Virus record (IMG/VR): IMGVR_UViG_3300030387_000070 | Direction: 5' to 3' (one strand) | DNA: 64,000 nucleotides | DNA from: a virus | Shown here: piece after piece, positions 22,507 to 32,989 of the stretch | Numbering within the stretch: position 1 is the first letter of the stretch | How the letters are laid out: every line of letters begins with the position of its first letter | Translations under genes and position numbers: made by a program | Notes under the pieces: model-generated | Databases searched by the model: none | The model's input: only the letters and a program-made list of their open reading frames with translations | Told to the model about the DNA's origin: nothing

Positions 22507-22781
22507 ATATAGATTTCTTCCAACGGCGCAAGACTCAGCTTGAAGATACGCTTCTTTTGAAAAATCAGGCGGTCGATATGCTTGATTATTTAAAGACACA
22601 TTGTATCAACAGCGACCAGTATTGTGCTATTCGAGACTACATTGAAGAAGCTGCGAAGATTCTGGAGAGTGACCTCGAATACGCAAACAACAAGTTGCAG
22701 TCCGCATTCAGACCTAAGTATGGTCGGAATAACAGATTAACTCGTGCTCAATCTAAGATGTTCCGTGATAGAGAATATTAA
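22503..22781 (+). CDS. hypothetical protein
   Basis: Track ORF with a TTG start overlapping the previous stop. Confidence 0.45.
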   Translation: MNIDFFQRRKTQLEDTLLLKNQAVDMLDYLKTHCINSDQYCAIRDYIEEAAKILESDLEYANNKLQSAFRPKYGRNNRLTRAQSKMFRDREY

Positions 22782-22798
22782 AAATGGGGTGATGCCAT

Positions 22799-23011
22799 AT
22801 GAACACATGCAAGAAAATATGTAACTGGTGTGGTCGTGAAATCAAGCCGATAGGTAGCGAGCAGGGAATCAGTTTTGAGCATCAATACTCTTATGGTAGC
22901 CAACTTGATGGTTCACTTTTGAGTTTTGATTTGTGTCCTGAGTGTTCAGAACGGTTCCCAGTAGTGCTCGGCGCAATGTTTATACATAATCCATTAAAGG
23001 ACGATTTCTAA
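22799..23011 (+). CDS. small zinc-ribbon protein
   Basis: Track ORF with CNWCG...CPEC pairs. Confidence 0.5.
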   Translation: MNTCKKICNWCGREIKPIGSEQGISFEHQYSYGSQLDGSLLSFDLCPECSERFPVVLGAMFIHNPLKDDF

Positions 23012-23156
23012 CGGCGGGTGCCGTATGAAATATAAGCCATCAATAAACCAGACGGAGGATAATACATAAAATGAATAGTGCATGAATTGATTTAAGACGA
23101 TAACAGGAAACATAAGTGATTATCAATGGAACAAAATTACATAAAGGAGACTTGAT

Positions 23157-24257
23157 ATGGCAGATAGAATTTTTAATCTTCCTCAGACCCGTGGTTCTTT
23201 TGAGATGGCTGGTAAGGTCACCGGCACCCAGCGTAGTAACTTCTATAACGAGAAGGAGACTAAGAGTGGTGCTATGCGCCGTGTCCTGAGCTTTGGCGTT
23301 CAGACTTCCAACGAAAACACTTTCTACGTTGATCTGGCTGGTATGCCTCGTGATAAGGTTTACTTCTTCCGTCGTGCCGATAAGGATAAGGGCATCGAGA
23401 AGGATAAGAAGGAAGTCGCTTGGAAGGATCGTCTGACTTATATTGCACCGGAAGGCTACGACATGATTGGCGTTAAGGTCGGTGTTACTAAGAAGACGAA
23501 TGAGTCTGGTAAGGTCGTCAATGATAACAAGACTCTAACCGACTTCGATGCAGCTAAGGAGATTTCCGAGAACCTGCATGACGGTGACAACGTGTATGTC
23601 CGTGGCAATATCGAGTACAGCACCTATAACGGCAAACACCAGATTCGCTTTGTTCCTACTCAGGTTTCTCTGAGCTCTAAGGAAATCGACTTCGATGCAG
23701 AGGGTTTTGAAGAGCTGGCTCTGTTTACTCAGACCATTGTTTATACTGGTTGCCGTAAGAGCGATGAGTGCGATGAGGTAGTTGTCGATGCAAAGATCGT
23801 GAACTACAACACCATTGAGGATGCAGAGTTCTTCATTGATTATAAGGCAAACGCTCAGAATAAGGTTCTGGCTGATTCTATTCGTAAGCGTCTGAAGCCT
23901 TATACTAGCTTCGAGTGTTTTGGTCCCATCGTTAATCAGCAGAAGGTTGAGGAAGTTGAGACTGAGAATATCTGGGGTGGTCCTAACAAGATGAAGCGTC
24001 AGAGCACTCCGGCAATTCGCAAGCTGTATATCGAGGGTGTTAATCCTGATTCCTTTGATCCGAATCCTGGTGATAAGGACGCGGAGCCCACTTACACTGA
24101 GGACAATATCTCTGAAGCACGGGCAAAAATTGCTGCCAACGCTCAGGCAAAGAAGGACTTCGACGGCAAAGCTGCTGAGAACGACACTTCTTGGTGGGGT
24201 GGTTCTAACAAGTCTACTGCAACTCCTGATGATGAGGAAGATATCAACTGGGGCTAA
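23157..24257 (+). CDS. putative ssDNA-binding protein
   Basis: Inferred from position directly upstream of a Sak4-like ATPase, the strong RBS AAAGGAGA, and an acidic C-terminal tail (..TPDDEEDINWG) like SSB tails. No canonical OB motif recognised. Confidence 0.35.
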   Translation: MADRIFNLPQTRGSFEMAGKVTGTQRSNFYNEKETKSGAMRRVLSFGVQTSNENTFYVDLAGMPRDKVYFFRRADKDKGIEKDKKEVAWKDRLTYIAPEGYDMIGVKVGVTKKTNESGKVVNDNKTLTDFDAAKEISENLHDGDNVYVRGNIEYSTYNGKHQIRFVPTQVSLSSKEIDFDAEGFEELALFTQTIVYTGCRKSDECDEVVVDAKIVNYNTIEDAEFFIDYKANAQNKVLADSIRKRLKPYTSFECFGPIVNQQKVEEVETENIWGGPNKMKRQSTPAIRKLYIEGVNPDSFDPNPGDKDAEPTYTEDNISEARAKIAANAQAKKDFDGKAAENDTSWWGGSNKSTATPDDEEDINWG

Positions 24258-24270
24258 AATTTTTTAGTTT

Positions 24271-24291
24271 TAGCTAAGTAATACAGGATAC
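24271..24291 (+). promoter_or_regulatory. 21-bp motif, forward (copy 4)
   Basis: TAGCTAAGTAATACAGGATAC, 37 nt upstream of ATG 24328. Confidence 0.5.
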
Positions 24292-24327
24292 CGATAAAAG
24301 AAAAGATTTAGAAAGGAATTTACATAT

Positions 24328-25488
24328 ATGGCTATTGTTTGTGATGCATCTGCTATTCGTAAGAAGCTTCGTATGCTTGTGTATGGCGAGCAGGGAACTG
24401 GTAAGTCTCGATTTGCTATGCAGTTCTGCTACATGAAGACTCCTGAAGGTCGTCCGTTCCGTGTTCTGTATCTGGATACTGAGTCTGGTTCTATCGACGA
24501 TTATCGTGAGGAACTGATGGAGAATGGGCTCGACCCGATGAATCTCCGTATCGTTTACACTCAGTCTCTCGCAGAGGTACAGGATTTCATCCATACCGTT
24601 GCAGATAATGAGGACTTCGAGGATGAAGATGGTAACGTTTGGCTGGATGCAGATGGCAAGCCTTTCCGTGCCGATGCTATCGTTGTTGACTCTGCAACTA
24701 TTCTTAATCTAACCACAAAACAGGGCTTGACCAATTTCTCGCAGAAGCGTGCAAAGGTTAAGGCTGCAGCACAGGGTCTGACCGGCGACGAGAAGTCGGT
24801 GAAGATTGAGGGTGCTGGTATGGAGTTGAAGGATTATCAGCAGCTGAACTTTAAGGGTCAGTCCCTGATTCTGGATCTGAATGCAACTGGTGTGAGCTAC
24901 ATCGTTATTTGCCGTGAGAAGGATGAGACTGAAACCAAGCTGGTGAATGGTTCTTCTGTGAGCGTTTCTACCGGTCGCAAGATTCCTGATGGCTTTAAGG
25001 GTCAGGAGTATAATGTCGGCACCGAGTTCCGTATGTACCATCCCGGCGATGATAAGTCTATCAACTTTGCTTATTTTGATAAGGATCGCACCGGTGTTCA
25101 TAATGGCGGTGAGGTTGTCGAAGACCTGACTCTGCTTGAGTATCAGGAGTATCTTGACCGCTCTGCAAAGAACCGTGAGGTCATCATCAAGAATGGTCTG
25201 AATGATGCAGTTAAGACCGAGATGAAGCTTCGTGCTCGTGAACTTGGTCTTGATGACAATGATATCAGTGATGATGCTCCTGCAGAGAACACCTCCGAAT
25301 CTAAGGAGCCTTCTCTGGATGACATTAAGGCAAAGCTGAACGATCTGATTGCTTCCGCTTCTCCTGTAAAGAAGAGTGCAGCACAGAAGGCAGTTAAGGC
25401 GGCTGGCCTGTCTACCGCATTCCGTTCCATGACTGACATCGAGGAACTGAAGAAGGTTGCCGCAATCATGGAGAAGGAACTGGCTTAA
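24328..25488 (+). CDS. RecA-like P-loop ATPase (AAA_24 / Sak4-like)
   Basis: Walker A LVYGEQGTGKSRFA and YLDTESGSIDDY. Long acidic C-terminal extension. Confidence 0.65.
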   Translation: MAIVCDASAIRKKLRMLVYGEQGTGKSRFAMQFCYMKTPEGRPFRVLYLDTESGSIDDYREELMENGLDPMNLRIVYTQSLAEVQDFIHTVADNEDFEDEDGNVWLDADGKPFRADAIVVDSATILNLTTKQGLTNFSQKRAKVKAAAQGLTGDEKSVKIEGAGMELKDYQQLNFKGQSLILDLNATGVSYIVICREKDETETKLVNGSSVSVSTGRKIPDGFKGQEYNVGTEFRMYHPGDDKSINFAYFDKDRTGVHNGGEVVEDLTLLEYQEYLDRSAKNREVIIKNGLNDAVKTEMKLRARELGLDDNDISDDAPAENTSESKEPSLDDIKAKLNDLIASASPVKKSAAQKAVKAAGLSTAFRSMTDIEELKKVAAIMEKELA

Positions 25489-26180
25489 TGGAACTTACCC
25501 GTAAATGCAAGATTTGCGGGAAGAACATTTTCATCGAGCGAGACCGTAGCACTTTTTTCTATGACAAGATTGGTTTTTACCATAAGGATTGTTTTGTAGA
25601 GAAAAAGAAAAATCAAAAACGCCCTTGGACAGATGACCTGCTAAGGGCATTTTTTGACAAAGTGAATGACACTACGGATAAAAAGGTCGATGATCTTCTT
25701 TCCAAAAAGAGAGAGCAAGACAAAAATCGTGAGCTTGCTCATATCAAACAGGAAGAGAAAAAGATTCTTTTCGACCATATTCGAGATACATACGCCCCGG
25801 CGGTTGTTCCTGGCAGCTTCTACTCGAAACTTACACAGTTGATTTCCGGTAATTATTACAAATATAGAGGTTCTATTCCTCCGCTAGAACTTTACGATAT
25901 GTGGGTTCTAGCGAAACCCCGACTAGATAAAATAATTGCCGAGAAAGAAGCAAAAGGCTGTGATATGAGTCAGCGATGGAATTACGACTTGGCTGTTTTA
26001 TTGGCTCAATATCCTAGTTATCTCGAACGAAAAGAAAGACTTGCTTCGATTCGCAGTGAAAGCGAAGACAAAACGAAGGAAAATCTGACTGAAACGGTAC
26101 TGAAACGAATGAAAACAGCACCGAAACAGAGTAAAAACGAGAATGAAATTGATATAAATGCAATTCTCGATGAGATATAA
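25488..26180 (+). CDS. zinc-finger protein, function unknown
   Basis: CKICGK...HKDC at the N-terminus. ATG overlaps the previous stop (TAATG). Confidence 0.5.
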   Translation: MELTRKCKICGKNIFIERDRSTFFYDKIGFYHKDCFVEKKKNQKRPWTDDLLRAFFDKVNDTTDKKVDDLLSKKREQDKNRELAHIKQEEKKILFDHIRDTYAPAVVPGSFYSKLTQLISGNYYKYRGSIPPLELYDMWVLAKPRLDKIIAEKEAKGCDMSQRWNYDLAVLLAQYPSYLERKERLASIRSESEDKTKENLTETVLKRMKTAPKQSKNENEIDINAILDEI

Positions 26181-26193
26181 AAGAGGTTGGTAA

Positions 26194-27409
26194 ATGGATA
26201 ATACAGTTCATGACGCTCAAAGATTGAAGGAGCTTCAGGCACTCCCTCTTGAGCGAAAGATTCAAATCACTCAAAATCGCATCCAGGAATGGTATATGCA
26301 CTATGATGGCGGTGTGTACGTAAGCTTCTCCGGTGGTAAGGATTCTACTGTACTTGCTCATTTGACAAAGCAGCTGTTCCCAGATGTCCCGCTTGTGTTT
26401 AGTAATACAGGCTTGGAATACTCGTCAATCCAGAAATTTGCACGAAACGCAGATGCTGTTTTTGTTTATCCCAAGATGGGATTTAGTGATGTGGTCTCTA
26501 CATATGGTTATCCTCTTATCTCTAAAGAAGTGGCTGAAGCGATTTACTACGCTAGACGAATCAGAAATAGCGGCGCAGCCACCATGAGAGAGAGAGAGAG
26601 TAAGAACAACTCTCAGGAAAAAACAAGAACTTCTGGGTTTAAGGATGAACTGTCTGGGAGGTGTCTTTAGCAACCCGTGGCTTTACGATGAAACAGGAGT
26701 CTTTCAAGGAAACAGACGGACGATTCTACTTGGTAATGAACCGGGAGCTGAAATGCAGGCTGGAACAAAATCCATGTTCAATAAGGAAAAATGGTTGCCA
26801 GCAACACAAGAACTTCCGTTTGCAATTTCTCATTACTGCTGTTCAGTTATGAAAAAAGGTCCGATGAAGAAGTACGCAAGGGCAACCAAGCGTAAACCTA
26901 TTATTGGAACGTTGACTGATGAAAGTCGTGTTCGCAAGCAAGCTTGGATTCGACATGGGTGTAATGCTTTTGATAGCAAGTCTCCAACAAGTCAGCCTAT
27001 GAGTTTTTGGACTGAGCAGGACGTGCTCACTTTCATCAAACAGTCAGGAATTCAAATTGCAGATGTCTATGGCGATATTGTTCCTACGAGTGATAAGCCG
27101 GATGCGCCATTGTGCTGTACTGGGTGTGATCGTACCGGATGCACGTTTTGCGGATTTGGAGCTCACAACAAGAATGACAATAGATTCTCAACTCTTGCAG
27201 AACTTGACCCAAAGAAGTACGAGTATAGTATGAATGGTGGTCAATGGGTAGACAATCCAAAATATGATGCAACTGCACCAGAGTATGATGGTGTATGGAA
27301 GAATTGGAACCCGAAGAAAATCTGGGTGCCAAGCAAAGAAGGTCTTGGACTGAGAAAAGTTTTCGATATGTTTAATGAACTGTATCCAAACAACAAAATT
27401 CAATATTAA
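26194..27409 (+). pseudogene. PAPS-reductase-like PP-loop protein, frame broken
   Basis: YVSFSGGKDSTVLAHL is the PP-loop SGGKDS motif. The reading frame changes by +1 between track ORFs 26194-26670 and 26645-27409. The second frame is already open from 26588 (ERERVRTTLRKKQELLGLRMNCLGG..). Confidence 0.65.
26586..26600 (+). repeat. (GA)7G dinucleotide tract
   Basis: GAGAGAGAGAGAGAG, read directly. It lies where the two frames of the PAPS-reductase-like gene overlap. Confidence 0.95.
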
Positions 27410-27432
27410 AAAATATAAAGGGAGGTGGATGA

Positions 27433-28956
27433 GTGGAACTCATTTCAAATATCCCGAACGAAATTTTATTTGTTGGTGCAATTTACAAGCATCCTGACTA
27501 TTTGGTCGAGTATGGGCATTATGTCAAGAGCAAGTACGATTTTGCCGATGAAGCAACAAAATTTTTCTACGATGCAGCGTTAATTATTTATGAAACTCGG
27601 ACTCAAGAATTTAATAAAACGTCTGTTTTAACGTTTATGGCTGAAGACGAGTCCAGATTGTCCCAATATAAGCGGCTGAAGGGCTGGTCAACCATTGAAT
27701 ACTACATGAGTCTTGCGAATGACGATGATATCAAGGGATATTTCAATATCCTGAAGAAATATTCGCTACTTCGTGAGTATCAGAGAAACGGATTTAACAT
27801 TGAAGGAATCTTGAAGCATCGACAGTTTGAAATGTTTGGTGCTCAGGACATTTACAAATTGATTCGTGGCAAGGCAGACAAGATCAATACGGTTATCATT
27901 ACAAACGATGATGCTGAGATTTTGAATAATGGTCTGCTGCCAATGGTCAATGAACGTCTGAGCGTTCCTGATATGGGCTTGCCGTTCCAGTACCCCATCA
28001 TGAACGATTTATTCCGAGGATTGAAGCTGGGCACTGTGATGTTCAATGGTATGCCATCTAACGCTGGCAAGACTAGATACATGATGGCGATTGTTGCCTA
28101 CGTCACATTAGTTCAAAAGCAAAAAGCTCTTTTGCTGCTGAATGAGATGGATCTTGAGTCAGTCCGGTATTGCTTACTGGTTACCGCCATCAACAATCCT
28201 GAATTTCAAGAGTTGCATGGTCATCGCTTCCACAAGGATGAGCGAGAAATCACTCTTGGAATGTACCGGGATGCAAATGGAAACTTCATCTTCCGAAAGC
28301 AAAACGAAGATGGAGAATACATAGAAAGCATTGATGAGTTTACCGCTCGTGTCTACGAAGAAAGCGAAGAGTACCGCAATGTGCTTGATGTTTGCCAGTG
28401 GATTGAGAGCGAATCACAAGGCTTGATTATCGCAAAGGATGTTTCAGCTGATTATAGTGATAAGTCTCTGCGATTTGAAATCCAGAAGGCAGCTCTCACT
28501 CAGGGAGTTAAGTATGTGTTCTACGATACTCTAAAGAACGATATTGCATCTATTGGTGAATGGGCAGCGTTCAAGGTCACGGCCACCGAGCTTGAAGAGA
28601 TTGCGAAAAATCTAAAGATCTTTATCTATGGTAGCATCCAGTTGGCTGAAAATGCCCATGAGTATCTTCCTGATGAGCTGAATTCAAACAACATTGCTGA
28701 GTCAAAAATGATTAAGCATGTTGCTTGGACGATGGTTTTATTCAAGGAGATTCCAAAAGATAAGTTTGCGAAGTATCAATACATCTCTCATGACCCTGAG
28801 TGGGGCGGTGACTGTGCCCATCGGCTAAATCCAGATAAGCGGTATTACGTTGGAAACATCGATAAGAACCGCTTTGGTGAGAAAAAGAAAATCATGTTTG
28901 AAGTGAATTTGAATCAGAATATTTGGAGAGAGGTCGGTGTCTGCACCAGAAAGTAA
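27433..28956 (+). CDS. DnaB-like replicative DNA helicase
   Basis: 507 aa. N-terminal DnaB-like region, then a RecA-type core with GMPSNAGKTRYMMAIV (Walker A-like) and LLLNEMDLE. GGAGGTGGATGA upstream of GTG. Confidence 0.65.
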   Translation: MELISNIPNEILFVGAIYKHPDYLVEYGHYVKSKYDFADEATKFFYDAALIIYETRTQEFNKTSVLTFMAEDESRLSQYKRLKGWSTIEYYMSLANDDDIKGYFNILKKYSLLREYQRNGFNIEGILKHRQFEMFGAQDIYKLIRGKADKINTVIITNDDAEILNNGLLPMVNERLSVPDMGLPFQYPIMNDLFRGLKLGTVMFNGMPSNAGKTRYMMAIVAYVTLVQKQKALLLLNEMDLESVRYCLLVTAINNPEFQELHGHRFHKDEREITLGMYRDANGNFIFRKQNEDGEYIESIDEFTARVYEESEEYRNVLDVCQWIESESQGLIIAKDVSADYSDKSLRFEIQKAALTQGVKYVFYDTLKNDIASIGEWAAFKVTATELEEIAKNLKIFIYGSIQLAENAHEYLPDELNSNNIAESKMIKHVAWTMVLFKEIPKDKFAKYQYISHDPEWGGDCAHRLNPDKRYYVGNIDKNRFGEKKKIMFEVNLNQNIWREVGVCTRK

Positions 28957-28965
28957 GGAACTACA

Positions 28966-29988
28966 ATGGTAAATATCGCAGATCTGAAAAATTACATTCT
29001 TGAAGAACAGCAGATTGAACCGATTCTGGAGGAACTTGGTTGTCATCATATCAGTCACAAGACTGGTTATTACCAGTGTGCAAATCCAGATGGTGACAAT
29101 AGAACGGCACTCTGTATCTACGAGAATGAGAATCTTACTGCGGTAGATTACACACGAGATATTGCCAATGGAAAGACCAGTTATGATTTGATTTCTGTCG
29201 TCCAGTTCTTTCTGGAACTGTCTTTCCCAAAAGCCATTAAGCAAATCTGCGAATGGGTTGGTCTTGACTACTATCACAACTTTGAGGAAGACCTTCCTAA
29301 AAGTATGTTGATTCTAAAAGAGCTCATTGCCATGCAAAATGAAGGCGAAGAATACGAGGATGACCGTCCGATAGTCCCCATCTCCGAAGCCATTCTCGGT
29401 TATTACAAACCTTATGTGAACCAGATTTTTGCTGATGATGGGATATCTTATGAGACGCAGCAGGAGTTTGAAATTGGCTTTGATGAATTGACAAATAGAA
29501 TCACGATTCCAATCAGAGACGAAATTGGCACTCTGGTTGGTGTAAAGGGAAGATACTTCGGCAAGCCGCCTGAAGGCGAGATGAAGTACAAGTATATTGA
29601 GCCGTGTGCCAGAAACCGTATTCTGTATGGCCTGTATAAGACAGAGCCGTATATCAAGAATGAAGGTCTGGTATATGTTGGTGAAGCTGAAAAGTCTGTC
29701 ATGCAGATGTGGAACATAGATGTCTGCAACTGTGTGGCGACTGGCGGTAAGAAGGTTTCACAGAATCAAATTGAAATTTTGACACGTCTTTGCGTTGATA
29801 TTTGCTTTGTCTTTGATAAAGACGTTCAGCTTAGTGAGCTTATGGTTCTCGCCAATCGATTCGTCGATGGCGTAAGTGTGTATGCTGTAGTAGATGATAA
29901 AGGGATTCTGGATGAAAAGGAAGCCCCAACTGATAATCCTGAAAAATTTAAGGCATTGATTGAGAATTGTGTTAGGAGAATTAAATGA
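28966..29988 (+). CDS. DNA primase (Toprim)
   Basis: Toprim-like VYVGEAEKSVMQMW..ATGGKK..CFVFDKD. Adjacent to the helicase. Confidence 0.6.
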   Translation: MVNIADLKNYILEEQQIEPILEELGCHHISHKTGYYQCANPDGDNRTALCIYENENLTAVDYTRDIANGKTSYDLISVVQFFLELSFPKAIKQICEWVGLDYYHNFEEDLPKSMLILKELIAMQNEGEEYEDDRPIVPISEAILGYYKPYVNQIFADDGISYETQQEFEIGFDELTNRITIPIRDEIGTLVGVKGRYFGKPPEGEMKYKYIEPCARNRILYGLYKTEPYIKNEGLVYVGEAEKSVMQMWNIDVCNCVATGGKKVSQNQIEILTRLCVDICFVFDKDVQLSELMVLANRFVDGVSVYAVVDDKGILDEKEAPTDNPEKFKALIENCVRRIK

Positions 29989-31709
29989 ATGTAAAACTCT
30001 GGAAGGGGAGTAGGAACGACCTATCAGACCCGATTGGAACGATTATGGAGAACAGAGGGGTTGAGGATTATAAGACCTACATGAACCTAGATGATTCTTG
30101 TCTGAATTCTCCGTGGGAACTGGACAACATGGAAGATGCTGTCATGATGTTGAATAAACACCTTTGGAAAAAGTCTACCATCTCTATCCTTGTAGACTGT
30201 GATGTGGACGGTTTTACAAGTGCTTCGATGATGTTTCAGTATTTGAAGGCGATTGGTTATTTTAGAAAAATCAATGTTCTGTATCATAGTGGCAAGGAAC
30301 ATGGACTCTCTAAAGAAATTGAGGTTCCACCTGAAACTACTTTGCTGATTATTCCTGACGCTGGCAGCAATGATGTTGAGCAGTGTAGGGAACTCCATGA
30401 AAAGGGCATTGATATTTTGATTCTTGATCATCATATCTGCGATAGAGAAAATCCTTACGCGATAATTGTCAACAACCAGAATGGCACATATCCTAACAAG
30501 GAACTGTCCGGTGCGGGTGTTGTGTATAAGTTCCTTCAGGCTGTTGATGAAAGTAATTGGACTGATGTTGCAGACCGATATCTTGATTTGGTGGCGGTCG
30601 GAAATATTGGTGATGTAATGGATATGCACTCGCATGAAACAAAACGGCTTTGTACAAAGGGCTTGGCACGAATTGTGAATCCGATGATTTGTGCTCTGGT
30701 TGAGGCGAATAGCTTCAACATTAAGGGTGACCCTACTATCAATGATGTTCAGTTCTACATTGTCCCGATGATGAATGCACTGATTCGTGTTGGCTCATCT
30801 GAACAAAAGAAGCGGATGTTTCGTGCAATGGTCAGTGAAGAACAGACTTTCCAATACACTCCGACTCGTGGTAAGAATGCTGGTGTCACGATTGATGAAA
30901 CTCTTGCGCAGCATGTGGCTCGTGAGTGTTCCTCTTGTAAGTATCAACAGAATAAAATCAAGGACAAGGCTGTTGGAGAGCTTCAGAAGTTGATTGAAAA
31001 GCACGGTGCAGACCAGAACAAGATTCTTTTCTGCAACTCCACAGGTGTTCTTGATAACACTTTGACTGGTGTTGTGGCAATCAAGCTTGCTGAAATGTAT
31101 GCGAAACCGTGCGTGTTGCTCCGTACTTTTACTGACGAACCGGATTATTATGGTGGTTCGATGAGAAATCCTGACGGTTCTCCGATTGAAAGCCTAAAGG
31201 AATTCTTGATGAGCACCGGAGATTTTGAATCGGTTCTTGGTCATGACAATGCTGCTGGTGTGAAAATCAAGAAAGAAAATGTGTCAAAGGCTATTGCAGA
31301 CTGTGATGAGCTACTTAAAGATGTCACGATGAGTAAGGCAATCGTGGTTGACTTTGATTTTGATTACAATAAATTGAACGTTGCATTGCCGAAAACGATG
31401 TATGAGATGCACAAAATCTGGGCACAGGGTATTTCTGAGCCGTATTTCTACATTAGAAACATTCCGCTTGTTCATAGTGGATGTGCTCCGATGGGCAAAA
31501 ACGGTAATATGTGGAAGTATTCTGATGAAGAAAAAGGCATTGATTTTGTGTGTTTTAATGACAATGGCCGGATGATTGGCTGGATTAACAATGACTTCTA
31601 TGGTGGTCAAGAAGAAAAATACATCAATGCTGTATGCCGGTTGTCTTTGAATCAGTATGGAAACAAGGTGACTCCGCAGGCACAGATTGTTGATTTTGAG
31701 GTGATTTGA
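29985..31709 (+). CDS. DHH-family phosphoesterase, RecJ-like
   Basis: DHH motifs VDCDVDGFTS, IIPDAGSND and ILDHHI. Confidence 0.7.
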   Translation: MNVKLWKGSRNDLSDPIGTIMENRGVEDYKTYMNLDDSCLNSPWELDNMEDAVMMLNKHLWKKSTISILVDCDVDGFTSASMMFQYLKAIGYFRKINVLYHSGKEHGLSKEIEVPPETTLLIIPDAGSNDVEQCRELHEKGIDILILDHHICDRENPYAIIVNNQNGTYPNKELSGAGVVYKFLQAVDESNWTDVADRYLDLVAVGNIGDVMDMHSHETKRLCTKGLARIVNPMICALVEANSFNIKGDPTINDVQFYIVPMMNALIRVGSSEQKKRMFRAMVSEEQTFQYTPTRGKNAGVTIDETLAQHVARECSSCKYQQNKIKDKAVGELQKLIEKHGADQNKILFCNSTGVLDNTLTGVVAIKLAEMYAKPCVLLRTFTDEPDYYGGSMRNPDGSPIESLKEFLMSTGDFESVLGHDNAAGVKIKKENVSKAIADCDELLKDVTMSKAIVVDFDFDYNKLNVALPKTMYEMHKIWAQGISEPYFYIRNIPLVHSGCAPMGKNGNMWKYSDEEKGIDFVCFNDNGRMIGWINNDFYGGQEEKYINAVCRLSLNQYGNKVTPQAQIVDFEVI

Positions 31710-31710
31710 T

Positions 31711-32058
31711 ATGGGAAATCGGAAGCGTGCTATTGCCATCGACTTTGATGGCACTCTCTGTGAGAATAATTATCCCGATATTGGTGAGCCAAACTGGAAT
31801 GTAATTTATGAAGCAATTCAGGAACAGAAGCATGGTGCGGGCTTGATTCTATGGACTTGCCGGGAAGGGAAGCTCTTGTATGACGCAATGGAAGCTTGCT
31901 TCGATTGGGGCATTCAGTTTGATGCAATCAATGAGAGCCTTCCTGAGTGGAAAGAGCATTTTGGCACTGCTCCTAGAAAGGTTGGAGCTGATGAATATTG
32001 GGATGATAAGGCTAAAGTTGTAAAGAATGGAGAGTTGATTGATAATGCTGATGCCTGA
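31711..32058 (+). CDS. small HAD-superfamily hydrolase-like protein
   Basis: AIAIDFDGTLC is a DxDGT motif I. Confidence 0.45.
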   Translation: MGNRKRAIAIDFDGTLCENNYPDIGEPNWNVIYEAIQEQKHGAGLILWTCREGKLLYDAMEACFDWGIQFDAINESLPEWKEHFGTAPRKVGADEYWDDKAKVVKNGELIDNADA

Positions 32059-32230
32059 ACAGTTTGAAGCAGACGTTAAAGAATTTATCGCAGAATGCCA
32101 AAGCCATCCAGTGATAGATTTATCAAAAGATGATCCATGCGAAGGATGTCGCTTTGAGGACTTTTGCGATAGGTTTTATCCGGGCGATGGTAGCACATGG
32201 CATTGGCGAGTTTATGAAGGGGGCGAATGA
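32045..32230 (+). CDS. hypothetical protein
   Basis: Track ORF 32039-32230; first ATG is at 32045. Confidence 0.4.
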   Translation: MLMPEQFEADVKEFIAECQSHPVIDLSKDDPCEGCRFEDFCDRFYPGDGSTWHWRVYEGGE

Positions 32231-32989
32231 ATGGTTTACATTACAGGTGATATTCATGGTGATTTTAATCGTCTCTTAAAGCTAAATAAGTTTTGCCATA
32301 AACACAATCTTGGAAGGAATGACTGGATTGTCTGCCTTGGCGATGTCGGTTTGAACTACTACGGCAAGGATGACCCTCGTGAATGGAGTATCAAGACCAT
32401 CGCCGCAGATATTCCTGCAAATCTGTTTTGTATTCATGGCAACCACGAGCGCCGCCCGTCTCGTAAGGATGGTTACAAACTAAGGAAGATTTGTGGTGAT
32501 ATTTGCGGAAGAGTGTGGTATGACCCGCAGTATCCAAACCAGTATTTTGCTATTGATGGTGAGGTTTACCAGATTTCTGCTGATATGGAAATTTTGAACT
32601 GCCTTGTTTGCGGCGGAGCTTATTCCGTAGATAAATATTATCGGTTGGAGCGGGGATATAATTGGTTTCCCGATGAACAGCCGAATGAAAAAATAAAAAA
32701 GAAAGTTGCGCAGCAGGTAAACGATAGTAATATCGATGTTGTGTTAAGTCACACCTGTCCGACACGCTACGTTCCTACAGAGTTGTTTCTTAGTTGTGTT
32801 GATCAAAGCACTGTTGATAGTTCTACGGAAGAGTTTCTTGATGATATTCTTGATATTCTGGAAGAGACTCATATTGGTAAGCCGTTCTGGTATTTTGGTC
32901 ACTTCCATGGAAATAAATACACTGACAATTATGTGATGCTTTTTGATGATGTTATTAAATTTGGAGATAAGGTGAATACGGATGACTAA
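32231..32989 (+). CDS. calcineurin-like metallophosphoesterase
   Basis: YITGDIHGD, LGDVGLNY and IHGNHE boxes. Confidence 0.7.
   Translation: MVYITGDIHGDFNRLLKLNKFCHKHNLGRNDWIVCLGDVGLNYYGKDDPREWSIKTIAADIPANLFCIHGNHERRPSRKDGYKLRKICGDICGRVWYDPQYPNQYFAIDGEVYQISADMEILNCLVCGGAYSVDKYYRLERGYNWFPDEQPNEKIKKKVAQQVNDSNIDVVLSHTCPTRYVPTELFLSCVDQSTVDSSTEEFLDDILDILEETHIGKPFWYFGHFHGNKYTDNYVMLFDDVIKFGDKVNTDD

Noticed and set aside
26586-26600. The GA repeat, or the other short repeats (14686-14738, 61050-61098), as a CRISPR array.
   Set aside because: No regularly spaced repeats of 25-40 bp with unique spacers occur anywhere in the window. These are a dinucleotide tract and short operator or att-type repeats.
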